Positions 11,090-20,811 of a DNA stretch of 64,000 bases are shown in pieces (within the stretch, counting starts at the first letter, position 1; every line of letters starts with the position of its first letter). The stretch is from positions 1-64,000 of the forward strand of contig JAYPJE010000016.1 of NCBI GenBank assembly GCA_038128265.1, given 5' to 3'. Both the position numbers and the translations under genes were made by a program. Under the pieces are notes generated by a model. It had not been told where the DNA came from. It worked only from the letters and a program-made list of their open reading frames with translations, and ran no database searches. The DNA comes from Gemmatimonadota bacterium. Lineage in GTDB: Bacteria > Latescibacterota > UBA2968 > UBA8231.

Positions 11090-12262
11090 TCAGCGACCCT
11101 TGGCCTCTTTTTCTTCGTGAAGCGCGCGCATAATCGGGTGATGACTCATGCCCTGCGCGCGCAGTTCGGCGTAGCGCTTCTCGTCGACGCCCTCGCGGTT
11201 CAAATAGCCGCGTATATCGTAGCGCCCCTTCTGCGTAGGCTCGAGCAGCCCTTCCTGCAGCATCAGCTCGAGCGGATAGCCCTTTTCCTGCAGGGGCAGG
11301 CGCACCATCTGATTTCTGCGCGCCGATTCGAGTAGCGCCATAAGTATTTCGACCGTAGCACGCGCATTATGGCCTGCACCGCGGTGGCCTTCGCCACCCT
11401 CGATCCAAGCGATGAGCTCTTTGGTCTGGCGCGCGTTGGCCATGCCACCAATGGTGTCGATTTTTTCCGGCGCAACACCCAAGTCTTCCATGCGCCAACC
11501 GCCTGTTTCGGCGTTAAAAAGGCGCGTCCACGTCTCCGTCGTCTCCACCATGCCCTCGGTCCCGCGAAAGACAAAGCGCGCACAGGAGGCATCTTGCATA
11601 TCCAAATCGCACTGCATAAAGATCTGCGAGCCATCGGCCATATGGATCAACCCCATACAGCCGTCCTCAATGGGCGTATCCCGCTCAAAGCGCTCGCTCT
11701 GGCGCTCGACGGCTCCCATCACCCACTCCGCCTCGGGGTCGCCCATGATAAAGCGCATCCCGTCAATGGCGTGCGTCCCACAGTTGAGCAGGCCGGCGGC
11801 CACCTTGGCATCGGCGCGCAGCAGTTGACCGATTGCGCCGCCCTGCACCAGTGCTCGTGCCCGTTCCCAGCCCGGCGTAAAGCGGCGCTGGTGGCTAATG
11901 ACAAGCTTGGTGCCGCTGCGCTCGCAGGCCTCTACCATTTGGTCGGCCAAGCCCATGCCCACGGCCATCGGCTTTTCGCATATGACCCCTTTGACGCCGG
12001 CATTGGCCGCGGCGATCGTCGGCCCAGGATGCAGCAGATGCCAGGTACACACGCTGACGATATCCGGCTGCGCTGTGCTCAGCATCTCTTCCACAGAAGA
12101 AAAGGCGTGGGCAATACCATACTCGTTTTGAAACTGCGCGCGTGCGACTTCGAGCGGGTCGACTACGGCAACGACCTCAACGCCAGCCAGCTGATAGCCG
12201 CGCAGGTGACTGTGGGCGATATCACCGCAGCCGACAATAGCCGCTGTATACGTACGAGCCAT
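11090..12262 (-). CDS. Gfo/Idh/MocA family oxidoreductase
   Basis: IVGCGDIA Rossmann motif, CEKPMA, HQRRF, GTHAID. Confidence 0.9.
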   Translation of the reverse strand: MARTYTAAIVGCGDIAHSHLRGYQLAGVEVVAVVDPLEVARAQFQNEYGIAHAFSSVEEMLSTAQPDIVSVCTWHLLHPGPTIAAANAGVKGVICEKPMAVGMGLADQMVEACERSGTKLVISHQRRFTPGWERARALVQGGAIGQLLRADAKVAAGLLNCGTHAIDGMRFIMGDPEAEWVMGAVERQSERFERDTPIEDGCMGLIHMADGSQIFMQCDLDMQDASCARFVFRGTEGMVETTETWTRLFNAETGGWRMEDLGVAPEKIDTIGGMANARQTKELIAWIEGGEGHRGAGHNARATVEILMALLESARRNQMVRLPLQEKGYPLELMLQEGLLEPTQKGRYDIRGYLNREGVDEKRYAELRAQGMSHHPIMRALHEEKEAKGR

Positions 12263-12326
12263 CAACAACCTCCCCTATACCGTGTTGGAGAGAGCGGCGA
12301 GCACCTTGCCCGCTCCCTGTATGGTC

Positions 12327-13139
12327 CTATTCACCGCGGTCCTGCTTGCCGATGGCCCTTAGAATAACGGACTCGGCCCACTGCGGTCGCAGCGCGTAGA
12401 CGGCGGCCAGCAGCTTGAGCTTCCAGGGCATTACCAGCTGGCGCGGCCGCTCCTGCATCGCGCGGGCTATGCGCGTGCTGGCCTCTTCTAGGGTAATCGA
12501 CTCGCTGCTGTGACGGCGCGACGTCGCGCCCAGCGCACGGCCGTCTGCACCCAGCGCGCTCTGGCGCAGGTTGGTGCCGCGCAGCCAGTGCGGCAGGACG
12601 ACCAGTACGTCGACGCCGGTGCCGCGCAGCTCGAGGCGCAGCACGTCGCAAAACCCCTGCACGGCGTGCTTGGAAGCCACGTAGCCACTGTGCAGCGGAA
12701 CGGGCACCTTACCCTGCACCGACGACACGGCGACAAAGAGTCCCCGACTGGCTTTGAGATAGGGCAGCGCCGCGTGCGCGCAGTGCACCACGCCCATATA
12801 GTTGACGTCCATCAAGCGCCGAAAGACATCGGTATCTTCGACTTCATCAAAACGGACCCACATGCTGATACCGGCGTTGGCGACGACAAAATCAATGCCA
12901 CCCCACGCCTGCACAGACGCCTCCATGGCAGCGCGAACATCGTCTATGCACGTCACATCACCGACCTGCACCAGCACGTCAACACCGTGCACTCGACACT
13001 GGCTGGCAACTTCTTGTAGGCGCTCTGCACTAGTGGCAAAGAGCACGAGCTTGGCTCCCTGAGCAGCCAATTCCTGGGCCAGCGCTGCGCCCAAGCCAGA
13101 CGAAGCCCCGGTCAGCACAACCCGCTTGTCTTTCAGCAT
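12327..13139 (-). CDS. SDR family oxidoreductase (DHRS7/11beta-HSD1-like subgroup)
   Basis: TGASSGLG, NAG, YVASKHA (YxxxK); start overlaps the stop of the upstream gene. Confidence 0.88.
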   Translation of the reverse strand: MLKDKRVVLTGASSGLGAALAQELAAQGAKLVLFATSAERLQEVASQCRVHGVDVLVQVGDVTCIDDVRAAMEASVQAWGGIDFVVANAGISMWVRFDEVEDTDVFRRLMDVNYMGVVHCAHAALPYLKASRGLFVAVSSVQGKVPVPLHSGYVASKHAVQGFCDVLRLELRGTGVDVLVVLPHWLRGTNLRQSALGADGRALGATSRRHSSESITLEEASTRIARAMQERPRQLVMPWKLKLLAAVYALRPQWAESVILRAIGKQDRGE

Positions 13140-14905
13140 AGCGGATCGCCGAATGCGCCGTTGCCTATCGAAAAAATATTATTGGGATCCATGGCGCGCT
13201 TGGCCTGGCGCAGCACTTCCATGCCGTTGGCACTGTGCACCTGCGGCAGAAAAGCGCGGCGCACCTTGCCGACGCCGTGGTGATGTGAGAGCGAACCACC
13301 GTGATCGAGAACGACCTGACGCAGCACGCCCTCGACGTCGTGGTAGGTGTGCTCGGGGTCTTCCAAACCGGCGCTTGAAAAAGCCATGGTAAAGTAAATG
13401 CATACGCCGGTGTGGTAGGTCTGGGTGACGCGAAACGACAGGTAGGGCCTGCCTTTAACACCGCGCTGCTGGCACTCTTCCCACAGCCGCGCGCGAACGG
13501 CCGACGTCACGTCTAAAATGCGATCCCATGGAACGGAAGTCTCGAATGTTTCCCCGAGAATGCCGAATTGATTGAAGAAGTCGCGGATATAGGCAATGCC
13601 AAAAGTCAACATGTAGCCGCGCTGACCGTTACTGGCACCGCCCGAAACGGCACCAAATTTTTTGGCTGTAGAAAAGATGGTCTTTTCCTGGTGCGCGACC
13701 TCGCTGGCCGTTCCCTCCATGGCAATGGTGCAAGCAGCCAGCTCATGCACGTCAAAGCCCTTCACCTTAAACAGGAAAAAGCGCTGTATGCGCTGCTCGA
13801 TCTTCTTCAGCCCCACCGCTTCGGGCTTGAGCGCCTGGCCAAAGCGAAATTCATTGTTATTAACCAGCCGGATACTGGCCGGCAGCACGCCCTCTCCCTG
13901 GCGCAGCTCTTTTAAAAACGCCACGCCCGTGGCGAAGTTGGGAAAGACGAGCGAACCAAATTTGCGCACTTTGGGCAAGGGGTAAATTTTGAGCACGGCC
14001 TTAGTTATGATGCCAAAATTGCCCTCGCTACCAAAGAGCAAACCGCGCGGCTGCACGCCCGTGGAATTGCGCGGCGTCGCCCGCAGCGTTTCCACCGCGC
14101 CCGTCGGCGTGATCAGCGTCGCCTCGAGCACGATATCCTCTATATTGCCGTACTTGTTTTTCTTCATGCCGCTGGCGTTGGTCGAAATCCACCCACCCAG
14201 CGTCGACAGCTCAACGCTATCGGGATCGTGTCCCGATGTGTAGCCCTGCGATGCCAGTTCGCGCTCCAAGTCGCGCCCGCAGATACCCGACTCCACGCAG
14301 GCCATCAAATTGTCTCGATCAAGCGATAGGATGCGGTTCATCCGGCTCATGTCGACCGAGGCTATTGGACGCTCCTCTTTGCTGCGCAGCGACAGCGCAC
14401 CGCTTACGTTGGTACCACCTCCGTAGGGCACCAGACAAACGCCGTGAATATTGGCCGCTTCGACAATGCTCTGCACCTGCTCTTCGCTCTGCGGATAGAG
14501 CACGAGGTCGACAAAGCGCTCCAGCGGCGCGCCGTACAGCACCCGATACACCTCGTTAACGCTGAGCTGGCCATGGCTGTGGCGCAGGCGCTCGGCGTCG
14601 GAGTCGACGATCTGGTCCTGTGCTAACACGGTGCTCAACTGTTCGATAAAAGCCGCATTGTGCCGCGCTGCCGGCAGCGGATCGCGTGCGCGTTCAGGCA
14701 GCACGTCCTGCGGACGAAACGACGTGCCGAGCACGTCTTCGGCAAAGGGGATAAAGTAGGGCATGGTATAGCCGCAGATGGGATAGCGATTGCCCGTCAC
14801 CCGCACGCTGCGCTCATCGACAAACTCAAAGTGCGTGTCGGTATAGCCCCATTTGTGGGCGTGGCGCTCGCCGGCTTCATACGAATAGCTCCCGTTGCCT
14901 CTCAT
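13133..14905 (-). CDS. agpS: Alkyldihydroxyacetonephosphate synthase-like FAD-linked oxidoreductase
   Basis: WGYTD, PYGGGT, GHDPDS.E.STLGGW, ASGMKKNKYGNIED, GSEG, PASIRL, ETSVPW, RVTQTY, CIYF and GGSLSHHHGVGK are colinear with eukaryotic AGPS as I recall it. Confidence 0.85.
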   Translation of the reverse strand: MRGNGSYSYEAGERHAHKWGYTDTHFEFVDERSVRVTGNRYPICGYTMPYFIPFAEDVLGTSFRPQDVLPERARDPLPAARHNAAFIEQLSTVLAQDQIVDSDAERLRHSHGQLSVNEVYRVLYGAPLERFVDLVLYPQSEEQVQSIVEAANIHGVCLVPYGGGTNVSGALSLRSKEERPIASVDMSRMNRILSLDRDNLMACVESGICGRDLERELASQGYTSGHDPDSVELSTLGGWISTNASGMKKNKYGNIEDIVLEATLITPTGAVETLRATPRNSTGVQPRGLLFGSEGNFGIITKAVLKIYPLPKVRKFGSLVFPNFATGVAFLKELRQGEGVLPASIRLVNNNEFRFGQALKPEAVGLKKIEQRIQRFFLFKVKGFDVHELAACTIAMEGTASEVAHQEKTIFSTAKKFGAVSGGASNGQRGYMLTFGIAYIRDFFNQFGILGETFETSVPWDRILDVTSAVRARLWEECQQRGVKGRPYLSFRVTQTYHTGVCIYFTMAFSSAGLEDPEHTYHDVEGVLRQVVLDHGGSLSHHHGVGKVRRAFLPQVHSANGMEVLRQAKRAMDPNNIFSIGNGAFGDPLC

Positions 14906-14939
14906 GGGCTCACTCCGTCCTTCTATTGTTTATCAATAA

Positions 14940-15683
14940 TCAGAATACCGGCAGTTGGGCCAGTTTGCTACCGGCTACGTTTTCGCCCCTACAGTGCCAT
15001 ACGCGGTGCGACGCATTGCGCTCGGCCAGCACCTTGGAAGTCAAGGCAAAGTAGCGCATGGTGTACCCACAGCGGCGCGTTGCGCTGCGATTGGCCGTCG
15101 CGCCGTGAACGATGCGCGCGTCGTGTAGCGAGCATTCGTTGGGCTGCAGTTCAAAGTACACCGCCTGCGATTCGTCGAGCTGGTCGGCGACGATCTGGCG
15201 TGGAAACGTATTGTTCTCACGGTCTACTTCTTCGTAGTCGGAAAATCCGTTGACCTGCGTGCCGGGCAGAACCCGCATGCAGCCGTTGTCGCGCGTCGAG
15301 GGATCAATAGCCAGCCACACGGTAACGATCTGATCCATCCTATCCATGCGTCCGTTCCAATAGGCAGAATCTTCGTGCCACGGCGTGGCGCGACCCACCA
15401 TCGCTTCTTTGCAAATAAAGTGACTGCTCCACAGCCCGATGTGCGGACCGATAAATGGCTCGACCAGGTCGAGCACTTCATCGGCGAGTAGAAACTCAAA
15501 AAGGGCCGGACAGGTAAAATGCGGCACGTCAAGCTGGTCGGCGCGCCGATCCTCCCCTTTGGAAGCCAGTAATTCCTCGAAAAGCGCTGTCAGACGGGCA
15601 AATTTTTCATCGCTAAATAGCGGCTCGTGGTGCAGCCAATAGCCATTTTCTTCGTAAAATTGAGCGGCGTTATCCGCAAGCAC
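14940..15683 (-). CDS. Phytanoyl-CoA dioxygenase (PhyH) family Fe(II)/2OG oxygenase
   Basis: Likely GTG start at 15683 after GGAGG; TPWHED (HxD), WLAID, NGCMRVLPG, H...HG, RRCG. Confidence 0.88.
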   Translation of the reverse strand: MLADNAAQFYEENGYWLHHEPLFSDEKFARLTALFEELLASKGEDRRADQLDVPHFTCPALFEFLLADEVLDLVEPFIGPHIGLWSSHFICKEAMVGRATPWHEDSAYWNGRMDRMDQIVTVWLAIDPSTRDNGCMRVLPGTQVNGFSDYEEVDRENNTFPRQIVADQLDESQAVYFELQPNECSLHDARIVHGATANRSATRRCGYTMRYFALTSKVLAERNASHRVWHCRGENVAGSKLAQLPVF

Positions 15684-15844
15684 ATTCGACCTCCAGCACA
15701 GGGTATCAACGGCGTTAACAAAGTACGATGCACACCGCCCACTTGCAAGCTGTATACCGCTTCCCCATTGGATGGGCATCGACAATATGCTACCTTAGAT
15801 CCTCGGCACAAACCCGTGCCTATCTGCCTCACCGAGGAGAAAAC

Positions 15845-16645
15845 ATGGCCAAGAAAATTGTGACGCCTGATATCAAGCGTCCTCCCAAGAAATTGATCAA
15901 AGCCCTCGAGGGCATTAGTGCGGCAACCGCAGCCGGCGAATTGCGCAAGCTGGGGATCCGCGACCCGAGCTTTGTCGGACCCGTGCCGCGCACACCGGGC
16001 AAGAAAGTCATCGGCCCAGCCATCACGCTACAGTTCATGCCGATTCGCGAAGACGTATATGCCGTAGGCGAATACACCGATCCCGAACTCCAGCTTCACC
16101 GTCATGCCCTCTATCACACGCAGCCGGGCGACATTGTCTGCGTCGATGCGCGAGGCGATATGCAGAGCGGCGTGTTTGGCGAAATGATGTTGACCTATTT
16201 TGCCGGCGCCGGCGGTGCTGGCATTGTAATAGACGGCTGTATCCGCGACTTTCCCCACGTAGTTGAAGATCTCGATATTGGACTGTGGATCAAGGGTACA
16301 ACACCCAACTTTCACACCCAGACCAACATCTTTCCCTTCGCCGTCAACGTGCCCATTGCCTGCGGTGGCCGCCTGGTCATGCCCGGTGATATTATCATTG
16401 CCGACGACGACGGCGCCGTGCTAGTGCCCGCCAAACTGGCGCCGCAGCTCATCACGGCCGCGCAAGCGCACGCTGAGTGGGAGGTCTTCAGCAAAATGCG
16501 CCTGTCTCAGGGAGGCCATCTGCGCAAGTACTACCCTCTCAGCGCCGAGGCACGCGTCGAGTACGAAGCGTGGAAAAAGGAGCAAGAAGAGCCTGCGGAG
16601 CATTCCGCTCCCAAGAAGAGAGCCAAGAGCAAGACAAAGAAATAG
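15845..16645 (+). CDS. RraA-like / HMG aldolase family protein
   Basis: ATG at 15845 after GAGGAG; GPAITLQF, GVFGEMM, DGCIRD, PGDIIIADDDG. Confidence 0.87.
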   Translation: MAKKIVTPDIKRPPKKLIKALEGISAATAAGELRKLGIRDPSFVGPVPRTPGKKVIGPAITLQFMPIREDVYAVGEYTDPELQLHRHALYHTQPGDIVCVDARGDMQSGVFGEMMLTYFAGAGGAGIVIDGCIRDFPHVVEDLDIGLWIKGTTPNFHTQTNIFPFAVNVPIACGGRLVMPGDIIIADDDGAVLVPAKLAPQLITAAQAHAEWEVFSKMRLSQGGHLRKYYPLSAEARVEYEAWKKEQEEPAEHSAPKKRAKSKTKK

Positions 16646-16690
16646 CTTTAGCGCAAGCGCCTGGTAGTTAGCGCGTGCCGCGTCGCCGTT

Positions 16691-18523
16691 TTGCAGCGCG
16701 GCACGCGCCCCCACCCCATAACTGGACAATGCCCCAAGGACCATCCCCCGCGACCCAACATCGTTTTTGTCCTCACCGATGACCAGGGCTATGGCGACCT
16801 GGGTTGCCACGGCAACGAGGCGATACACACTCCGAACATCGACCGCTTTCACAGCCGCGCCGTGCGCTTTAGCAACTACCACGTCGGCAGCACCTGCGCC
16901 CCAACGAGAGCAGGTATTCTAACCGGACACTACTGCAACAGCGCCGGCGTCTGGCATACGATTGGCGGTCGCTCGCTGCTGCGCGCCGACGAATGGACGC
17001 TAGCTGATGCTCTGCGCGAGGCGGGCTACCGCACCGGCCACTTTGGCAAGTGGCACTTGGGCGACAGCGCTCCCTATCGCCCACACGAGCGCGGCTTTGA
17101 GGAAACCGTCTACCACGCCGGCGGCGGCATTGGCAATACGGGCGACGCCTGGGGCAACGATTACTTTGACGACACCTATTTTAAAAACGGCGAACCCGCA
17201 CCCTTTAGCGGCTACTGTACAGACGTGTTTTTCGACGAAGGTATGCGCTTTATTGAGGAACACCGAGACGAGCCTTTTTTCTGCTATATCGCCACCAATG
17301 CGCCGCACGGCCCGCTCAACGTCGAGCCGCGCTACATCGACCCCTATCGCACAACGACACCGCACGAAGACCGCGCGCGCTTTTACGGCATGATCTCCAA
17401 TATCGACGAGAATTTCGGTCGCCTCATCGACCAGTTAGAAGCACTGAATATCGCCGACCAAACGATCCTGATATTCATGACGGACAACGGCACGGCGACC
17501 GGGGTCGAGCTAGACGCCGAGCAGTTTCCGCTTGAGGGCCCCGGATCGTTTAACGCCGGTATGCGCGGAAAGAAGGGATCGCCCTACGAGGGTGGCCATC
17601 GCGTGCCCTTTTTGCTGCGCTACGCCGACGGCGGCTTTGCGCACGGACACGACATCGATGCCCTGACGTCCTACGTCGACTTCATGCCGACCCTGCTCGA
17701 CCTGTGCGGCATCGACGTGCCATCCGAACGATCGTTCCACGGACACAGCCTGATGCCCCTGCTGCGCGGTGACAGCGACGTGCCCTGGACTGAGCGCACG
17801 ACCTTCTGCGATACGCAGCGCGTCGCCCGCCCCGTCAAATGGCGACGCAGCGCCGTAATGCAGGGCCCCTGGCGCCTGATAGACGGGCGGGCGCTATACA
17901 ACCTCGAAGCCGACCCGGGCCAGCGCAGCGATATTGCCGCGCGCCATCCCGATCGCGTCATCGCCCTGCGCGCAGCCTACGAAGACTGGTGGGCGCTCAT
18001 TTCAGCTCAATTTGACCGCGACGAACCCATCGCTCTAGGCGCAGACGGCGACGCCGTGAAGATTACGACGCACGACTTGCGCAACGAGAGCTGCAACGTC
18101 GCTTGGAATCAGGGACAGGTGCGCGCTGGACAGGTGTGCAGCGGCTATTGGGCGGTATATATCAAGCGATCTGGGTGCTACCACATTGAGCTGCGCCGCT
18201 GGCCAGAGGAAACAGGCTATGCCCTGCAGGCGGGCATTGACGGCGACGATAGCCACTGGCGCCGCGACAGCATCAAAGCCAGCGATGCCCATTTATACGA
18301 AGGTGGAGAAGCCATCGCCGTCCAGTGGGCACAGGTCGAGATCGCCGGCACGACGCTGCAAAGCGAAGTCTCAGCCGATGATGAAAGTGCGCAGTTCTCG
18401 CTCCAGCTAACAGCGGGTCCTGCGCAGCTCTTTGCCGCTTTCTACGATGGCAAAGAGCGCTGTATGGCTCCTTACTACGCCTACGTGCGCTATACTGACG
18501 ATGCGCTCCGCGAAGACCTTTAG
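16691..18523 (+). CDS. Arylsulfatase (formylglycine-dependent S1 sulfatase); start uncertain
   Basis: PNIVFVLTDDQGYGD, CAPTRAGILTG (CxPxR), GKWHLG, NAPH, DNG, KGSPYEGGHRVP. Confidence 0.92.
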   Translation: MQRGTRPHPITGQCPKDHPPRPNIVFVLTDDQGYGDLGCHGNEAIHTPNIDRFHSRAVRFSNYHVGSTCAPTRAGILTGHYCNSAGVWHTIGGRSLLRADEWTLADALREAGYRTGHFGKWHLGDSAPYRPHERGFEETVYHAGGGIGNTGDAWGNDYFDDTYFKNGEPAPFSGYCTDVFFDEGMRFIEEHRDEPFFCYIATNAPHGPLNVEPRYIDPYRTTTPHEDRARFYGMISNIDENFGRLIDQLEALNIADQTILIFMTDNGTATGVELDAEQFPLEGPGSFNAGMRGKKGSPYEGGHRVPFLLRYADGGFAHGHDIDALTSYVDFMPTLLDLCGIDVPSERSFHGHSLMPLLRGDSDVPWTERTTFCDTQRVARPVKWRRSAVMQGPWRLIDGRALYNLEADPGQRSDIAARHPDRVIALRAAYEDWWALISAQFDRDEPIALGADGDAVKITTHDLRNESCNVAWNQGQVRAGQVCSGYWAVYIKRSGCYHIELRRWPEETGYALQAGIDGDDSHWRRDSIKASDAHLYEGGEAIAVQWAQVEIAGTTLQSEVSADDESAQFSLQLTAGPAQLFAAFYDGKERCMAPYYAYVRYTDDALREDL

Positions 18524-18591
18524 CGCAACGCTTCGATATCGCGCTACCCGGTCGCGATGCGGAGCGCGCGCATAGACGGGCGGGTACGGCG

Positions 18592-19311
18592 CTATTCGGC
18601 TGCTTCGATACGGCCCAAGTACGCTTCGACTTCGGCGATATCGAGCACGTCGCCCAGATCGATATCGATATCGAGCATATTGACCTCGTGCAGCAGTTCG
18701 CAGCGCTCGCCCACGGCCTGGCGCGGCACCACAACGCGAAAGGTATGGGCCGCATCGCGGCACGTCGCATAGACGCAGTGACTCGTGCTGACCCCGGTTA
18801 CAATCAGCGTATCCACATCGAGCGCCGTCAGCATATCGAGTAAGTTGGTTCCCTTAAAAGCCGAGGCATACTTCTTGCGCACGATGCGCTCGTCGTCGCG
18901 CCGTTCGACGCGCGGATCGAGTCCAAACAGCGGCATGTCTTCCGGGTGTATATTGTCGGCGCACTTGCCGTCGTGCGGCGTCGGTGGGTCGGCTGGATCG
19001 TAGTCATAGGTTGTAAAGATGATCGGAATACCCGCCGCGCGCGCCGACCGCAGTACCTGACAGGTTCCTTCTACAACGGAGTCGACATTACTGCCCATCG
19101 GTGGCCTACCCGGTCGCGTCCACCACAGAGCCAAGTCGATGACGATTAGCGCCGGGCGCGTGCCAAACCCCGCGCGCGTGCCCCAACCCAATTCCAAATA
19201 GCGCTCCTTGAGCTCGGTGATATGTGCTTTCAACGGCCCTCGCAGCGCGTCAGGTAGACGCAGCGCCGGCGAGCCAAAAGGCGGCGGTCCCTCTGTTTGA
19301 TGTGATGTCAT
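18592..19311 (-). CDS. Isochorismatase/cysteine hydrolase family protein
   Basis: PALIVID, KKYASAF, TGVSTSHCV (Asp-Lys-Cys triad). Confidence 0.9.
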   Translation of the reverse strand: MTSHQTEGPPPFGSPALRLPDALRGPLKAHITELKERYLELGWGTRAGFGTRPALIVIDLALWWTRPGRPPMGSNVDSVVEGTCQVLRSARAAGIPIIFTTYDYDPADPPTPHDGKCADNIHPEDMPLFGLDPRVERRDDERIVRKKYASAFKGTNLLDMLTALDVDTLIVTGVSTSHCVYATCRDAAHTFRVVVPRQAVGERCELLHEVNMLDIDIDLGDVLDIAEVEAYLGRIEAAE

Positions 19312-19512
19312 AGTTGCCCCCTCTAATGGATAGTGATACTCGCTGCGGTCAATCCGCCGCGCGTGTGGTTAGGTGGTCAATATAGAGTACGACCACAGCC
19401 AGCACAGCACGCTTCTACACTATTTCACCGCCGCGAAACCGCGCCGTGCCATAGTGCGTCCTTTTCTAGCACGGGTAGACTAGCCCACCTACCAAGAAAA
19501 ATGAGTGGCGCT

Positions 19513-19541
19513 GGAATAAACACCGAACTGAACCTGTCTAA
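19513..19541 (+). promoter_or_regulatory. Putative ECF sigma promoter GGAAT-N18-GTCTAA
   Basis: The same boxes with the same spacing occur upstream of the second Spy/CpxP-like gene (21376-21404, minus strand). Confidence 0.6.
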
Positions 19542-19667
19542 CGTGTGAATAGGGTCCTTTGCACAGTTGATGCGACAGCGCAGCGAGGCGTTTTCCGAGG
19601 GGGATGCATCTGACCGAAAACTAGACCGACCCAGTCTTACTAAACTCTCATTAGGAGATTTGTCTGA

Positions 19668-20705
19668 ATGCATATAAAACATATGGCGGCGTTGGCCCTG
19701 CTAGTAATTGCGGCACAGGCGCTTCCCGCGGAAGCACACGGACGAAAAGGGCAACGCGATGTTTCAATCGCCCAGCTGGAACTGAGCGAAGAGCAGCAAG
19801 TCCAGTTAGAAGCGATACGCGCAGACTTTGACGCGCGTGCCCAGGCGCTGCGCGAAGCGCACCGGGCCGATGAGCTAGCGGTATTGAGCGAAGAGCAGTT
19901 GGCGACGCTAACGGCCTACGGGAGCAATGACGGTGAGCGCAAAGGCCGCCGCATCGACCTGGGTCTCAGCGAAGAACAGATTGACGCAATAAAAGCACTT
20001 GATGCCACCTATAGAGAAGCGCGCAACGCACTCAAGCAGGAGCGCAAAGAGGCCGTAGCCGCCCTGCTGACCAACGAACAGCTAACCGCTCTCGAAGCAC
20101 TGCGCAACGCGCAACCACCGCGCGGGCAGCGCATCTCTCTAGCCGCCCAGCTAGGGCTGAGCGAGGAGCAGCAAACGGAAATCGCAGCGCTGCGCACAGA
20201 CTATGCCGAGAGCGCACGAGTCCTGCTCGAAGCACACCGAACCGAAGAACAGGCCGTTCTAACGGCAGATCAGCTAGCGGCACTAACGGCCTATCAAGAC
20301 CAGAGGCATCGCCGCGGCAATAGATACCTCGAATTAGGCCTAAGCGACGACCAAATCAGCGCTCTTAACGACCTCAATGCGACCTATCGCGAAGCACGTG
20401 CATCCCTGCAAACAGCTCACCGGGAAGCCGTGGCCGCCCTGTTGACCGACGAGCAGCGGGCGCTGCTCGAAGCACTGCACAGTGCACCGCCGTTCCGCGG
20501 CATGCACCGCGGACGCCATGGCGAAGGCCACGTCGACGCAGAGGGTGACGACGATGCAGACGAATCCATCGACGGGCTCGCCGATGGCGGCACCCTGAGT
20601 GAGCAGACGGGCGAATCCTCCCTGCTGTGGTCTGATACTATTGAGCTGACAACCGCGGTAGAAGACGTCAGTTGGGGACGCATTAAGAGCGATTTGTCCG
20701 AGTAA
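19668..20705 (+). CDS. Secreted Spy/CpxP-like LTxxQ-repeat protein with C-terminal AVE..SWG.IK tail
   Basis: Signal peptide; four helical units L(E/G)LS(E/D)(E/D)Q...L(S/T)xxQ; ends TTAVEDVSWGRIKSDLSE. Confidence 0.72.
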   Translation: MHIKHMAALALLVIAAQALPAEAHGRKGQRDVSIAQLELSEEQQVQLEAIRADFDARAQALREAHRADELAVLSEEQLATLTAYGSNDGERKGRRIDLGLSEEQIDAIKALDATYREARNALKQERKEAVAALLTNEQLTALEALRNAQPPRGQRISLAAQLGLSEEQQTEIAALRTDYAESARVLLEAHRTEEQAVLTADQLAALTAYQDQRHRRGNRYLELGLSDDQISALNDLNATYREARASLQTAHREAVAALLTDEQRALLEALHSAPPFRGMHRGRHGEGHVDAEGDDDADESIDGLADGGTLSEQTGESSLLWSDTIELTTAVEDVSWGRIKSDLSE

Positions 20706-20743
20706 AAGCGTCTGGCAACACGCGTCAGAGAAGGACCCAAAGC

Positions 20744-20779
20744 AAAAGGGTGCTGCGGTATCGCTACCGCAGCACCCTT
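20744..20779. terminator. Rho-independent terminator between convergent genes
   Basis: Perfect 15-bp inverted repeat AAGGGTGCTGCGGTA-tcgc-TACCGCAGCACCCTT, with a short U-tract on the minus strand. Confidence 0.8.
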
Positions 20780-20811
20780 GCGCGTTCTACGCTTCGCTAA
20801 TATCCTGCCGC

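Noticed and set aside
14940..15683. PhyH gene as part of a transferred peroxisome-like cassette with AGPS
   Set aside because: It looks like a generic bacterial PhyH-family member, so adjacency alone is weak evidence.
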